In this document: positions 10,790-23,336 of the stretch, piece after piece
How positions within the stretch are numbered: position 1 is the stretch's first letter
Layout: each line of letters starts with the position of its first letter
DNA from: Octopus bimaculoides
Lineage: Eukaryota
Assembly: GCF_001194135.2 (NCBI RefSeq)
Contig: NC_068986.1
Coordinates: 36,230,479 to 36,268,737, forward strand
DNA: 38,259 nt
Reading direction: 5' to 3'
Made by a program: the position numbers and the translations under genes
The notes under the pieces: model-generated
Told to the model about the DNA's origin: nothing
Database searches by the model: none
Seen by the model: only the letters and a program-made list of their open reading frames with translations

Positions 10790-11960
10790 TTTTCTTACGA
10801 CATGAAATTCAGTATTAATTATTTCATCAGTATTTTCTTTCATAATGTGTTTATAAACAAACATGTATCAGTCATTGTATGCCATATTAATATTTGAATT
10901 AATAATGAACATATCATCTTCCAGCAATTAGAACTACAACTAGCTCAGAATATTTTTTCTCCCATCCATTAGATATGGTTGTACACATATACAGGATTGA
11001 TTGTGAAAAGTGTTACAAATGCTACTGCATGTGTCAAACTGCTTGCGCGTAGCTATTTACTTTCCAATTAATAATGGTAAATTATATAATAGTTCTACTC
11101 CATTCTGACATGTGAATTGCATTTGCTTTCCGAAGAAGTATTTTCTGATGACGACATATGTGTTGGCAAACCAAGTAAAACGGTTTGATGTGATATTCCA
11201 TTGTTATTTTAAATTGAGAATTCCTGTCCAATTCACCAACCACAGAGTAGTTTGAAAGTTTAGCGCTTCTTCAACGATTGATTAAAGAAATTCAAATGTC
11301 TTTTTATTTTCTATATTTGAGTTTTCATTCTCAAAAGTTTATTATTCTCTAAGGAAATACATTTGCTTTCTAGGCAACGCCGTTTTATAGCATGCCATCT
11401 TTCAATTACTCTTATTTACGTAGAAGGACGTGGAGTGTGCTTGTAGAGCGTCAACACATTTGCTACCAAGAACACACATATATATCCAGCCAGGCTTGCA
11501 CATAGATTAATTGTTATATCTTTATGGATTTGCCATGCTTTAGACAAATGTTTCAGAGAGTAGCTCGAAACATGATGTAGAATCGAATAATATATAATGC
11601 GATTACCAAAAATCTTTTAGTGACGGCCATCAACACAGGCCACTCTAGACACATTGATTGTTAGTGACGCATAGCAATGGATAATGTTAAAATTATTTTG
11701 AAAGGAAACATACTTTTATGAGAAGTAACATTGATTGGACGAATAAACTTAAACAGAGTAGATTTAATTCTCTTAGTCACAAATCTTGAATAGAAATTGA
11801 TTTCTATGCTTTTCAGCATTATGCTTTTTTTTCCTAAAAATAATCTAATTATGTATGTGAAAGCTTATCTAACATTTCTTATTACAACTGTTATATATCA
11901 CATGCTTAGATAATTCGATGTACATTCTATATAACAAATACACACTTATATGAGAGCAGG
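10790..11960 (-). pseudogene. Degraded intronless rhodopsin-family (FMRFamide-receptor/GPR139-like) GPCR
   Basis: Across frameshifts and in the expected order: NYLSM..RNVR.AFTYI (TM1-2), EWPVLMAVTKRFLVIA (TM3, ERF-like), a hydrophobic TM4, LWLVNWTGILNLK (TM5), a Ser-rich loop, SLTHAVAFVTLFTINPVYVY (TM6), ICSLLIQILIWHTMTDTCLFI (TM7). Many stops; by-eye only. Confidence 0.4.
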
Positions 11961-12942
11961 TCAATCTAAAACTAGAATTAAAATTTGCTAGTGGATGGAT
12001 GGTGTTGTTGTTACAATTTTTATGCACTCCTTCTGTGAAGTAAAAGTATTAAATTTAACCTATCACATAAAATCACCACATCCAAAAACAAACAAATAAT
12101 AACAACAGAAGATTAAGTATCATAAATGTTAACTATTACACTAATTCCACTAAATAATGATGGTCATCGATAATATTAGTGATTAGACACAATTCTCTAT
12201 CAATACAGCAGTTAAAATATATTTTCGACGACCATTGTTAATTTCGTCTCACAATACAGAGAAAAGTTGCTTTCTGTTTATAATATTGATGTGCAGAATA
12301 TATTAGTTAGCCACCAGAAGAAAACATTATATATAGCTCCTCACATACTTGACGTCTTTCTGCCCTTGTTTTCAGATATATTTAAAAATAATATTAGGGC
12401 ATGGAGTACTGCAATAATTTTCATAACTGGAATACATTTTCCTAACACATTACATTGCCTACACAATATACTAGATATGATGACTAGCGTCGTCATTACT
12501 TTGGAATTTCTAAAAAGAAATGATATAAAGATAAAGTTTGTATAAATACGTCTATTCATATATTTGTTTGCCGTGAAATTACGTCTAATTGAAATCCTTA
12601 TCAAAACGAAGATTAAGGGTTTAAAAAAAAGTACCATCGACATGGCTTATTCAAGACATCCTTTCCTGCAAATTAGCAATATCATTTAATGGGATGTACA
12701 CGAATTGGATGTTCTACATTCAATGACAATTTTCTAACTTTAAAACGTTTAAGTAGCAAAAAGTCAAAGGAGGGCTGGCTTGTGTTCAAGTAGACTCACT
12801 ATTCGGGGCTAATACCGTTTCTCACCTTCCCTTGAAAAAATGCATTTTTTTGAAAAGGTTTTTTTCAGATTCCTGCGTTTTAGCTGACAGAGATTACAAA
12901 TATGCAAAAAAAAAAAAAAAGCAAACCACATCCCCCAACCAC

Positions 12943-13535
12943 CAGTATGTTTTGGGGATAGTTGTTGCTTACTAGATTGTTACTGAGCTTGATCATTTCT
13001 TCGTGGTGGGTATCACGATCGCTACTTATATTCATTGCTCGATGTTTTAGGAAATGAGCAATCCCTTTCTTTACACTGTATGGATGGTGGGAGTTGAAGT
13101 TAGGGTATCGTCCAGTGAAGGTCGGCTTGCGGTGTACGGATGTCCTGAATCCATACTTGGTGCGTGTTATTAATATGTCCAGGAATGCCAGCTGATTGCC
13201 TTTTTCCTTTTCCATTATGAACTGAATGGAAGGCTTTATTGAGTTCACATGATTTAACAGCATTTGGACATCTTCCTTGCGGGGCCAGAGCATGAAGGTG
13301 TCATCAACATATCGCAGCCATAGTGTTGGTTTTAGTGGTGTTGATCCTAAAGCCAAATTCTCAAAGTATTCCATGTATATATTGGCTATTATCGGTGATA
13401 ATGGCGAACCCATAGCTAAGCCCTCTTCTTTTCGATATATATCAGTGTCCATACTGAAGTAGGTAGTTTCTACACAGAAGGTCAACATTTCCATTAAGAT
13501 TCTTATTGGTATACTAGTGCCTTCTTTTACTAGTT
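12943..13535 (-). pseudogene. Penelope-like element RT fragment (Penelope/Poseidon-type), domains 3-7 plus thumb
   Basis: About 190 aa without stops: GLAMGSPLSPIIANIYM, WLRYVDDTF, LAFLDILI, VHRKPTFTGRY, SHHPYSVKKG, RAMNISS, NNYP. Truncated at both ends; no GIY-YIG seen. Confidence 0.95.
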
Positions 13536-14019
13536 CTTAAGTATAGATCTGCACCAATATAAATTATTCTATAAAATGGTAAAGGAAGAGAGTTCCAAAA
13601 ATTTCAACTAGCCAAATATAAAGTGTAAGTAAGCAGATAAGTTGTGGCTGAGTAAATATGACCATTTGTAATTACTGTAAGAACGACCTATATGATTCGG
13701 TCTTATTAGGCTTATTAGCAGTCGACAAGATGGTATCTGATTACAGAATAAGTTAGAATGCATATAGGTTTGGTGACGAAATAATTATCTGATTACATAT
13801 TCTTCAAAGTCAGAAAATTTATCCAATTAGTTTTCCTTTTTCTTGCCTGGCGTCCTAGATATGCTACTTAGATGTTGCTATTGAATAATGTAGTCACAGC
13901 TGGATCTGATTTTCTTTTTTAGATCTACTCAATCTGCGTCAGCCTAGGGCTAAATATTAATACTAGCAGTATGCACAGTCACACAGGTTTAGATTTGTCT
14001 TCTTTATCAGGTTATTATC

Positions 14020-14160
14020 TTGTCGGTGAATTGGCGAAGACGTTGGAGTGCCCTAGAGAATGCAACTCTCTGTTCTTTGATTCAAATCTCAATTTTCCTG
14101 AAGAATATAGAAAAGTAACAACACAGGGTAGTATATTGGTGGAATGTATCGACGTTCGCT
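14020..14160 (+). mobile_element. Highly degenerate SINE family A copy
   Basis: GGTGAATTGGCGAAGACGTTGGAGTGCC..GTTCTTTGATTCAAATCTC..TGTATCGAC parallels the family A head, B box and core. Confidence 0.5.
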
Positions 14161-14892
14161 TGGATATCTAGCTGTATCTACTCGGTGTTATAAAGGGTCA
14201 GGGCCCGTGGCTTCCCTCCTTAGTAAAATAAAGCAACCTAAGTTCGTATAAATAGGGAATGTAAGCTCGTATCTTGATTGTTAGCATCAAAAAAATATAT
14301 TTTACAAAACATTACTAATGCTACATTGTGTAGATATGGATATTAAAGATTTCACGATAGGTTATCAGCCTAGCAATCAAATCGTCGAATGTCTGAAGTC
14401 AGGGGCACTAATGCATCCTTTATATGTTAGAAAAAATTACTGTTTAACCATTCAGTGCAATAGGCCATATGAAACGGTTTTAACGGAATGATATTTTTTA
14501 AGTAACAGAGCTGTGCATAATTGACAAGACATCTGTCGGATTCAATTTCCTTTAAAAGAAATCATGAATTTTTGATCAGTAAGGCTCATATTATGTAATG
14601 TTAACAGAAGTTAGTAGACGCTATTGGTTGCACAGGTTAGAAAAAGTCAAACAACTGACTGCACTTATCTCAAAATTCCGTCAGATAAATGTTATACTGA
14701 AAATACAATACCTTACCACCTAAAGATTGCCATTTTCTCAGACACAACCAGTAGAAGCGCATATAGTACATACATATACATACACACCCACCCACACCCA
14801 CACGAATATAGATAGATACCAGTATATATATATATTTATTTATATGTGTGTGTGCGTGTGTGTATGTGTGAGTGTGTGTGTGTGAGTGAGTG

Positions 14893-14952
<60 letters not shown>

Positions 14953-15051
14953 NNNNNNNNNNNNNNNNNNNNNNNNNNNNNNNNNNNNNNNNNNNNNNNN
15001 NNNNNNNNNNNNNNNNNNNNNNNNNNNNNNNNNNNNNNNNNNNNNNNNNNN

Positions 15052-15099
<48 letters not shown>

Positions 15100-15725
15100 T
15101 GTGTGTGTATGCATGAATGAATGTATAACACTATAACATTTCAGCTAGCAAATAATGCAAAAACAACATTGCATTTCGGGTGAATAGATTCGGTGTTTGT
15201 CTCCTAGCAGGGAAACATTCTTTTTTTTAAATATTAAATCAATGCCACATGGGACTCGAAAATACACTGGAGGCGAATTTCAGAAATATGTCAGAGCACT
15301 AGAAGGTCAACTTACTAATATGGAATATCATGTATACTAAATGTCAGGAATGCCGATCCTTCAGCTATCCAAATGTTATGAGTCAATTTATCTAATGTAT
15401 AATGCAGTACATTCTGGCAAAATTAATGTGGCCGTGCGCATACTTTAATTAATCAACTCTATAACCCTAACGAAGAGAGGTAAACTATGTAGGACAATTA
15501 TTAACTAAACAAAACAAAGGTGCAAAAGAGATAATCGACTATGATAATACTCTTGTGTTTTTCTCCGTCACAACATATGAATGAGAATGGAAGGGGTGAT
15601 AAATGAATAAGGAAGGAAGAGGTGATGGTAAACTCGTGGGATGGTGAACATTTAAGGTTGAAAAGAAACATCAAACAGCGTTTCAACTCTGTGTAAGTAT
15701 ATGTGTGTATGTGTATACGTGTAGA

Positions 15726-15813
15726 AACAATGTTACTATACTCAAAATTTTATAACAATGTTACTATACTCAAAATTTTATAACAATGTTACTATACTCA
15801 AAATTTTATAACA
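15726..15813. repeat. Perfect 28-bp tandem repeat, three copies
   Basis: AACAATGTTACTATACTCAAAATTTTAT at 15726, 15754 and 15782, plus AACA. Confidence 0.97.
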
Positions 15814-15946
15814 TTTTTCTAACATACCGATTTAAATATATACTTTAACCATATAACAAGCCTTCTGCAGCTTTTTCACTCTTTTCTGTCTTTTATACAT
15901 CCAACCATGTGCTTTGACATACCAACTTTCTCACCTATATATATGG

Positions 15947-15983
<37 letters not shown>

Positions 15984-16039
15984 CGTGTATGTGTGCGTTC
16001 GTGTGTGCGTGTGTGTGTGTGTGTGTGTCTTTATCTGTG

Positions 16040-16245
16040 TGTGTCTTTGTGCTTGTGTTTGTGTTCCCACCATCGCTTTACAACCGATGTTGGTGAGTTT
16101 ATATCCCCGTAACTTAGTGGTTCAGCAAAATAGATCAATGTCGTAAGCACTAGGCTTAAAAGAATAAGTCCTGGGGTCGATTTATTCCATTAAAATCTGG
16201 TGCTCCAGCATGGCCGCAGTGAAATGACTGAAACAAGGACTGAAA
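16040..16245 (+). mobile_element. SINE family B 3' half
   Basis: Reverse-complement match to 34530-34720 (AAGAATAAGTCCTGGGGTCGAT..GGTGCTCCAGCATGGCCGCAGT.AAATGACTGAAACAAG). Confidence 0.9.
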
Positions 16246-16246
16246 C

Positions 16247-16286
<40 letters not shown>

Positions 16287-16288
<2 letters not shown>

Positions 16289-16467
16289 ACTGAACACTAT
16301 TCAATTTTTTTTCTCCGTGTTTTTCTCCTTGTCTCCGTATTCTTTCTGTTGAAGAGCGTAGCTCGAAACGTCAAAGACTTTCCGTATTCCCGAGCGTCAT
16401 ACTAATATATACTTTTGTTATTTACACCACCTGTCCTCGTCTGTTGTTATTTTTTGTATATCCTCCC
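16287..16467 (+). mobile_element. ~180-bp solo pLTR/retrozyme-like element inserted in (TA)n
   Basis: Unique sequence bounded by (TA)n on both sides (16247-16286 and 16468-16489); contains a hammerhead fold. Confidence 0.7.
16341..16377 (+). ncRNA. Minimal type I hammerhead ribozyme with variant core (CUGUUGA)
   Basis: Stem I UCUUU/AAAGA; core CUGUUGA plus A; stem II GAGC/GCUC with GUA loop; GAAAC-GUC; predicted cleavage after 16372. Confidence 0.7.
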
Positions 16468-17591
16468 ATATATATATATATATATATATGTCGACGCCGC
16501 GTTGAGATAATCACTGACTTTGTCTTATATTTAACCATTATGTTTTTATTTCTTCATTTTTTTTTCTACGTTGTGATCGTTATCTTAAAACAAGGCATAA
16601 AATAAAATAAAAATATACTCTTTTACCAAGTTTTCGAGTGTCTGGTGAAATGCTATATTAATAAGGAACATTAAGAGACAATGATCTAGATGAAAATGTG
16701 AACACCAGTGACTACTTGTTGAATGCAGTGAATTTCAGCTGCAGCTACATACTTATACATAACTGCGAATAAACGGACCATGTTCTATATGAAGATTATT
16801 CGAAGCGTTCCATAATATTTCTGCATTATGCTTCCATTAATTTTGTTACACATTAGCTATTTACAACGCTTACATTACTATTGTACATTCTCTATTGATT
16901 GAGAAAGATAACCACCTGGTGTTGGTACCTATTTCAATGCTAAGTTTAACATTAGATAAACTGTTGCACACTACCTACTAAATGCTATTAGAATCAGAGC
17001 CAAATTCTATGTCCGTTGGCAAAAATTTTTATGACAGTTGAAAACTTTGGTCTAACAATGATAACTGAAAACTAGAGAAGTTTCTTTCCTCACGACTTTA
17101 GTCTTGATTTGAAAAACGTTGTTCGTACAACAGCGTTAAGCATCTCATGGTTAAACCGGTTACTGTATAACTATTACTGCTTGATCCTTTATTAACTATT
17201 GACGTATTGACGAGCTGACTTACGATCAGAGGTATTCTGTCTTTTTCAGTCGTAGTCAACTGCAGGATAAATTATGCAATGCTCTGTTGTTTTAGCGGTG
17301 ATAGTCAGACTTGAGACAGATTTGGCTGCTATTTCTAGCAGAAAGATTGACTACATATCGACACAGTAATGCCCGTGACTATGGACACATTTTTATAACA
17401 ATGTCATTTGTACAGCTCTACGTGGGTGTGGCCGGTTTTGACTAAAGTTTGTTTTGTGTAATATATTTTGACATAAAATGAAAGGCATCAGTAACTACAA
17501 TGTCTGAAAATGCCAATGTGTTCAAATACATAATTTCAATAATACAATAGATTTAAGTAATACAAACGAGTAATATTAGATACATCAAAGA

Positions 17592-17745
17592 CGGCAGATT
17601 AGCAGAGTCACTAGCACGCCGGGAAAAATGATTAATAGCATTTCGTCCTTTAGGAATTGATAAAATAAGTACCAGTTGATCACTGGGGTCGATGTAATCG
17701 ACTTTCCCCCTTCTCCGACAGTGCAAGCCTTGTGCCAAAAATAGA
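17592..17745 (+). mobile_element. SINE family A with internal deletion
   Basis: GCAGAGTCACTAGCACGCCGGG..GATAAAATAAGTACCAGTTGATCACTGGGGTCGATGTAATCGAC..GCCTTGTGCC. Confidence 0.8.
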
Positions 17746-18794
17746 GTGAGAAAGCTGCACACGCCATCAAAGTGACAATGGGGTACGCATATATGAAGCC
17801 CAATATACCCATCATGACGACACCTCTGATAAAGGTACTCTAGTCACATGCCTCACAACGACATGTGTACGACATGATGACCTTATATAAAGGTTAAAAC
17901 TGTATGAGCTTGCAGGCAGGGCCCAGTTAAAGTTTTCTTCACGTCAAGTGAGCATATTTATTTCACTTCTTTAAAAGAAATTCTTATTTCGTCGGAATTT
18001 CTCAAAACTCTACCATACTTTATATTTTATGTAACTTCTAGTTGCTTCCTCATTTAATCCTCTTCTATTCAGTCAATGGATTATAGACCAAGATATATTT
18101 TTCATATATGTGAGTGACTCAGATGTTTGAGTTTGGCAATTTATACATCAGTTATTCTTATAAATTTTTTATGTATATATGTTGTAACAGTGATATTTGT
18201 GTAGCTTTCCATCACTAAGCATCAATCATGAAGTGTATTCATTTTTCTTCGATCTAGTTCATGACATATTTCGCCTCCCCTGAGTAAAAATATATCACAT
18301 GATACTTTGTTTTTTTCATCGCGTGATATAGAATCACACAAACTCGGTACAAATGGAATATGATTTTTACAAAATCCATGACCTGCGGCTACATTTCAAG
18401 TAATAATGCTGTCATGGTTAAGTATCGTAAACAAAAAATTTACGAAAGAAAATTAGAAAGATTTGAAAAGTAATCTTAACTGTATTATAATCAGCGGTAT
18501 TATTGTAACTATGCTTAAGAATATTTTTTTTTCCTTCCATTTGTCTGGTTTAATTAAGGCTATTCGCGATATTAAAAATATGGAAAGAAACAGACACGAG
18601 AGAATGCTGTGGAATGGACTTTGAAAATGTCACATAGCAAACTCTATTATCGTTTTCCTTCAGAAGCTCAACCTTAAATTTCATGCACTATGGCAACAGC
18701 AAACGCTAGATCGCTACGAGTAATATTTATAATGACATGAAGTCATTTACAATTTTTTATCATTTCATATATTTACACACATATAAATGCATAC

Positions 18795-18900
<106 letters not shown>

Positions 18901-19584
18901 CTATATATATATATATATACAAAGGCACCCACACCCACACACACAAACACACGCACACATATTAGCAAATTAATATCAAACTTTGACATGTGTTGTTAGA
19001 AATAAGCACATAATATATATAATCTAAACGTTAAGCATGAACATGTCTGAAAATGAACAAGTTTTGTTAAAGATATATAAATATATGAAAAATTTAAAAT
19101 ACAACTATATTATTAATGAATCTGTCCTGAAGATAGATTTCCTACTTCAAAGAATATGTATAATTTGCTTCATGGTCAAAATACCGTAGGCATTTTTGCA
19201 GAAGCTAAAAGAGAGTTAGGGAAAAAACGGGAGAGAGAAAGAAAGAAAGAAAAATAGAAACGGAGAGAGAGAGAAATAAAAAGAAAAGAGAGAAGGTGAG
19301 TGAGAGTTGGCGAGAGAGAGAGAGAGAGAAAGAGAGAAAGAGAGAGAAATAGATAGAGAGGGAGAGAGAGAAAGAAAGCTATCAAGAAAAGCTTCACATT
19401 GGATTTGATGATCACGAATGGGAATATTTTGATATAATTAATTTAGGAAATGATAGCATATCTATATTTTGATATCCTTATGAGCAATCTAGGAAAATGA
19501 ATAATACATCAAAACCATTTGACGAAAGACACCGATGATCAGTAGATAATATTGTTGTCGATATCCCTTCTAATGGTGCTGCTG

Positions 19585-19591
19585 TACTTTT

Positions 19592-19626
<35 letters not shown>

Positions 19627-19690
19627 AGTACAACAACTAGAACACACAAAGGATAATAATAATAATAATAACAACAACAATGATAATAAC

Positions 19691-19729
<39 letters not shown>

Positions 19730-19770
19730 TTTTTTTCACAAGGGCAGCATTTTGTAGGGAGTCGATTATG
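19585..19770 (-). repeat. (TAC)n/(TAA)n tract that is the tail of a minus-strand SINE family A 3' fragment
   Basis: Reverse complement reads TAATCGACTCCCTACAAAATGCTGCCCTTGTG, then (ATT)n. Confidence 0.65.
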
Positions 19771-19780
19771 AGTTATATTT

Positions 19781-20515
19781 GGTGGTCACTCTAAGATATT
19801 CTGCTGCTTTCCCGAACTGGACTAAGGAAGAACTAAGAGACATAGATTGTAAAACCAAGAAGACATTGTCTGTGTACAGGTCGCTACATGCCAGCGACAG
19901 CGTCGATAGATTATACTTACTACGGAAGGAGTGGGGTGAGGTCTGATATCGATAAACGGTTGAGTAGAGATTAGAATACGAGACTTACAAGAGTATGTGA
20001 GAAGCAGTAAGAGCGATTTCAGCTGCCAACAGAAGGAGAAAGAAGTTGCGGAGACGGCAATGGAATACAAGAATCAAAGAAAAGCAGGAGAGAGAGAAAA
20101 ATACATTTGCAGAGAAAAACTACACGGTCAGCATCTCAGACGAACGTAGGACGTTGCAGCAGAAGAAACCTGCTTACGACTAAAAGACTGGGGATAGAAA
20201 CAGAAAGAATCAGAATGCCAGCACAAAGCCTGTTATTCGGGACGAATATCATTTAGACCAGCATTGACAAATCCGCGAAAAGTACAAAGTGCAGGGTATG
20301 TAATGAGAAAGAGGAATCCGTCGTGCACAAAATAAGTTTCTGTAGTTTTTGGCACAGAAGGAATAGAAAGAGCAGGCACGATTATGTGACCAAGGCACTA
20401 CACTGGGACATATTACGGCAAAGCAGATTTAAAGTAGGAAGAAAATAGTACGAAAGTGAAAGTGAAAGTGAGATTGAGATATAAGATTTTATTAGATTTT
20501 AAGGTACAGACTGAT
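19781..20515 (+). mobile_element. R4/Dong-clade (RLE-type) non-LTR retrotransposon remnant: thumb and CCHC region
   Basis: LRYSAAFPNWTKEELRDIDCKTKK, LHASDSVDRLYLLRK, KLHGQH, KCRVCNEKEESVVH..C, RHDYVTKALHW, LDFKVQTD. Frameshifts and stops; ends before the PD-(D/E)xK motif. Confidence 0.85.
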
Positions 20516-20612
20516 CCAGATGTGACTGGATCTGCTTGCGCTGACTGGTGAATCTATTCATGCATACAATAAGAAAATGGAGTCATAAGTTTTACAATTG
20601 TGTGAACGGATA

Positions 20613-20995
20613 TTGTTGGCACTCCGTCGCTTACGACGTCGAGGGTTACAGTTTATCCGATCAACAGAACAGCTTGCTTGTGAAATTAACGTGCAAGTGG
20701 CTGAGCACTCCACAGACACATGCACCCTTAACGTAGTTCTCGGGGACATTCAGCGTGACACAGTGTGACAAGGCTGGCCCTTTGAATTACAGGCACAACA
20801 GAAACAGGAAATAAGAGTGAGAGATAGTTGTGGTGGAAGAGTACAGCAGGGTTCACCACCATCCCCTGCCGAAGCCTCGTGGAGCTTTAGGTGTTTTCGC
20901 TCAATAAACACTCACAACGCCCGGTCTGGGAATCGAAACCGCGATCCTATGACCGCGAGTCCGCTGCCCTAACCACTGGGCCATTGCGCCTCCAC
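20613..20995 (-). mobile_element. Full-length tRNA-derived SINE family C with TSD
   Basis: Head GGCGCAATGGCCCAGTGGTTAGGGCAGCGGACTCGCGG..GGTTTCGATTCC; TSD TGTGTGAACG at 20599-20608 and 20996-21005; 3' hairpin CGTCG-TAAG-CGACG. Confidence 0.9.
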
Positions 20996-21557
20996 TGTGT
21001 GAACGCATAATGCAAAGTTAAATGAAAGCACGGTGAAATTTAAAGATAAGGACATAGAGAGGTTTGATATACATTTTAAGCAATGAATCACATAGATATG
21101 ATCATTGAAAAAAAAAATCACAATTGAATTAGGAATTTATTTGAAAGAATAAAACACAAATTAAGTAACCTATCTACCCACAAATGAGAATGTAGCAGCT
21201 GGATTTGGTTGCAGAACACTTCGATAATCGCAGCATGATGCTCCTCCAAACTGGTACAATCGAAAGTATCCACGGGTTTCTTTTATTATTTCATAATTGG
21301 CAGCAATAATCGTCGTCTCCTACGTAGTTCCACAATCGATTATCATAAGTATTGACTTTTTTTTTCTCGCAATCTTTTATGTGAATCTTATATACACAAA
21401 AAAATAACTAGTAAATATATACATAATTATATGCACATGCATATATAATTGTATATTAATACAAATTTTATACGAAAACTATGTAAACATATATGTATGG
21501 ATATGTATACATATGTTTATCTGCAGATACATGGGAGTGCTCGCGCGCGTATGTGCA

Positions 21558-21610
<53 letters not shown>

Positions 21611-22099
21611 NNNNNNNNNNNNNNNNNNNNNNNNNNNNNNNNNNNNNNNNNNNNNNNNNNNNNNNNNNNNNNNNNNNNNNNNNNNNNNNNNNNNNNNNNN
21701 NNNNNNNNNNNNNNNNNNNNNNNNNNNNNNNNNNNNNNNNNNNNNNNNNNNNNNNNNNNNNNNNNNNNNNNNNNNNNNNNNNNNNNNNNNNNNNNNNNNN
21801 NNNNNNNNNNNNNNNNNNNNNNNNNNNNNNNNNNNNNNNNNNNNNNNNNNNNNNNNNNNNNNNNNNNNNNNNNNNNNNNNNNNNNNNNNNNNNNNNNNNN
21901 NNNNNNNNNNNNNNNNNNNNNNNNNNNNNNNNNNNNNNNNNNNNNNNNNNNNNNNNNNNNNNNNNNNNNNNNNNNNNNNNNNNNNNNNNNNNNNNNNNNN
22001 NNNNNNNNNNNNNNNNNNNNNNNNNNNNNNNNNNNNNNNNNNNNNNNNNNNNNNNNNNNNNNNNNNNNNNNNNNNNNNNNNNNNNNNNNNNNNNNNNNN

Positions 22100-22173
<74 letters not shown>

Positions 22174-22519
22174 GGAAGAATACTTTGAATATGAAGAAAC
22201 GGATCTCATAGCTTATTTATCAGAGGATACTAGGGAAAGTAAATTTTCCTTACTTGAGATAACAGAAAATAAAATGTAGATTACTTATGATTGTTTTCAA
22301 AAGATTGCGAATTGGAGAGGAGATAACTTCACTTTTTTTATGATTTCCTTTGTTTTGTTGTTTTTGTTTTTTAGTCTTTGAGAAAAAATTTGAAAGAGAG
22401 ATATGTTTATACCGGCATGAAGAATAATAGTAATGGTCGGATAATACAATTTATAATAGTATCATTCCTTTCTGCTATTGGAAAAAGGCCAGAAATTTTA
22501 GTTACAGTGTGCAAAAGGT

Positions 22520-22647
22520 AGTTATTTCATCGATTGCGTTGGATGGAGGGCAAAATCGATGAAAGCGGAAATTGAACCCAGAAAATAAAGATGGACGAAA
22601 TGCCGCTGAGCTTTTTAGTCCGATCCATACCTATTCTGCTAACTCGT
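22520..22647 (-). mobile_element. Degenerate SINE family A head
   Basis: GCGGAAATTGAACCCAGAA..GACGAAATGCCGCTGAGC..ATTCTGCTAACTCG is the reverse complement of the family A head. Confidence 0.65.
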
Positions 22648-23336
22648 GTAGTAAAACAGTGGTAGGGAAGGACTAATTACATCGTGAAATTATATAGTTA
22701 AATAATTGCAACGTGGAAGGTGTTTATAAGCCATTTAAAATAACACACAATTGAGCAATTGTTTTTTTTTCCAGCACACGATCTCAGATCAGGTCACTTG
22801 CTATGCAAGTACATCTCCATAGTTAAATAATATTTTCAAAGTAAGAAACCATAAAACATGTAAAAATAAAGGCTAAAGGAGGTGTAGTTGGATATTTAAT
22901 GTAATTTTAGAATGGCAGTAAAGTAATAGAACAATGGAAAGCGAGCTCGAGTGTATAAACAAAGAACTTTAAATACAGTATTAAGCATGATGGATTTTAT
23001 GAGTAGAGAAAAGTGTTTGAGATATTTGCTACTATTTAAGAAGTATTTATGCAGAAATCTAACTGTAATAGAGATTTGGCACGAAAGAAGTTAGAGTAGT
23101 AAAGGTTAGTGTCTTCTTTATTTGAGAACAAACAAGAAAGAAATATAATTGATTCAATTCAGCTGTACTTAACACCCGTTATCTAGGCTTCTATTTCAAT
23201 TACAATTCGCTTTTGTAAAATAATAGCCTTTTCTATTTCGAGTTACAATATAATTTATTTATATGTTAATTTATTTTCCCAAATCTGTGAAACCCTATAT
23301 ATAAGATCTTTATTATAATTAGTATTATCTTTAAAA

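Noticed and set aside
11143-11175. CTGATGA-CGACA-TATG-TGTTG-GCAAAC
   Set aside because: No GAAA core, cleavage triplet or stem I; lies inside the putative GPCR remnant.
12267-12643. Two overlapping hydrophobic ORFs
   Set aside because: No recognisable motif; expected by chance in AT-rich DNA.
13971-14171. ORF with apparent splice sites (GYYLVGELAKTLECPREC)
   Set aside because: Nucleotide sequence aligns to a degenerate SINE family A copy.
15726-15813. CRISPR-like 28-bp repeats
   Set aside because: No spacers, eukaryotic context and no cas genes.
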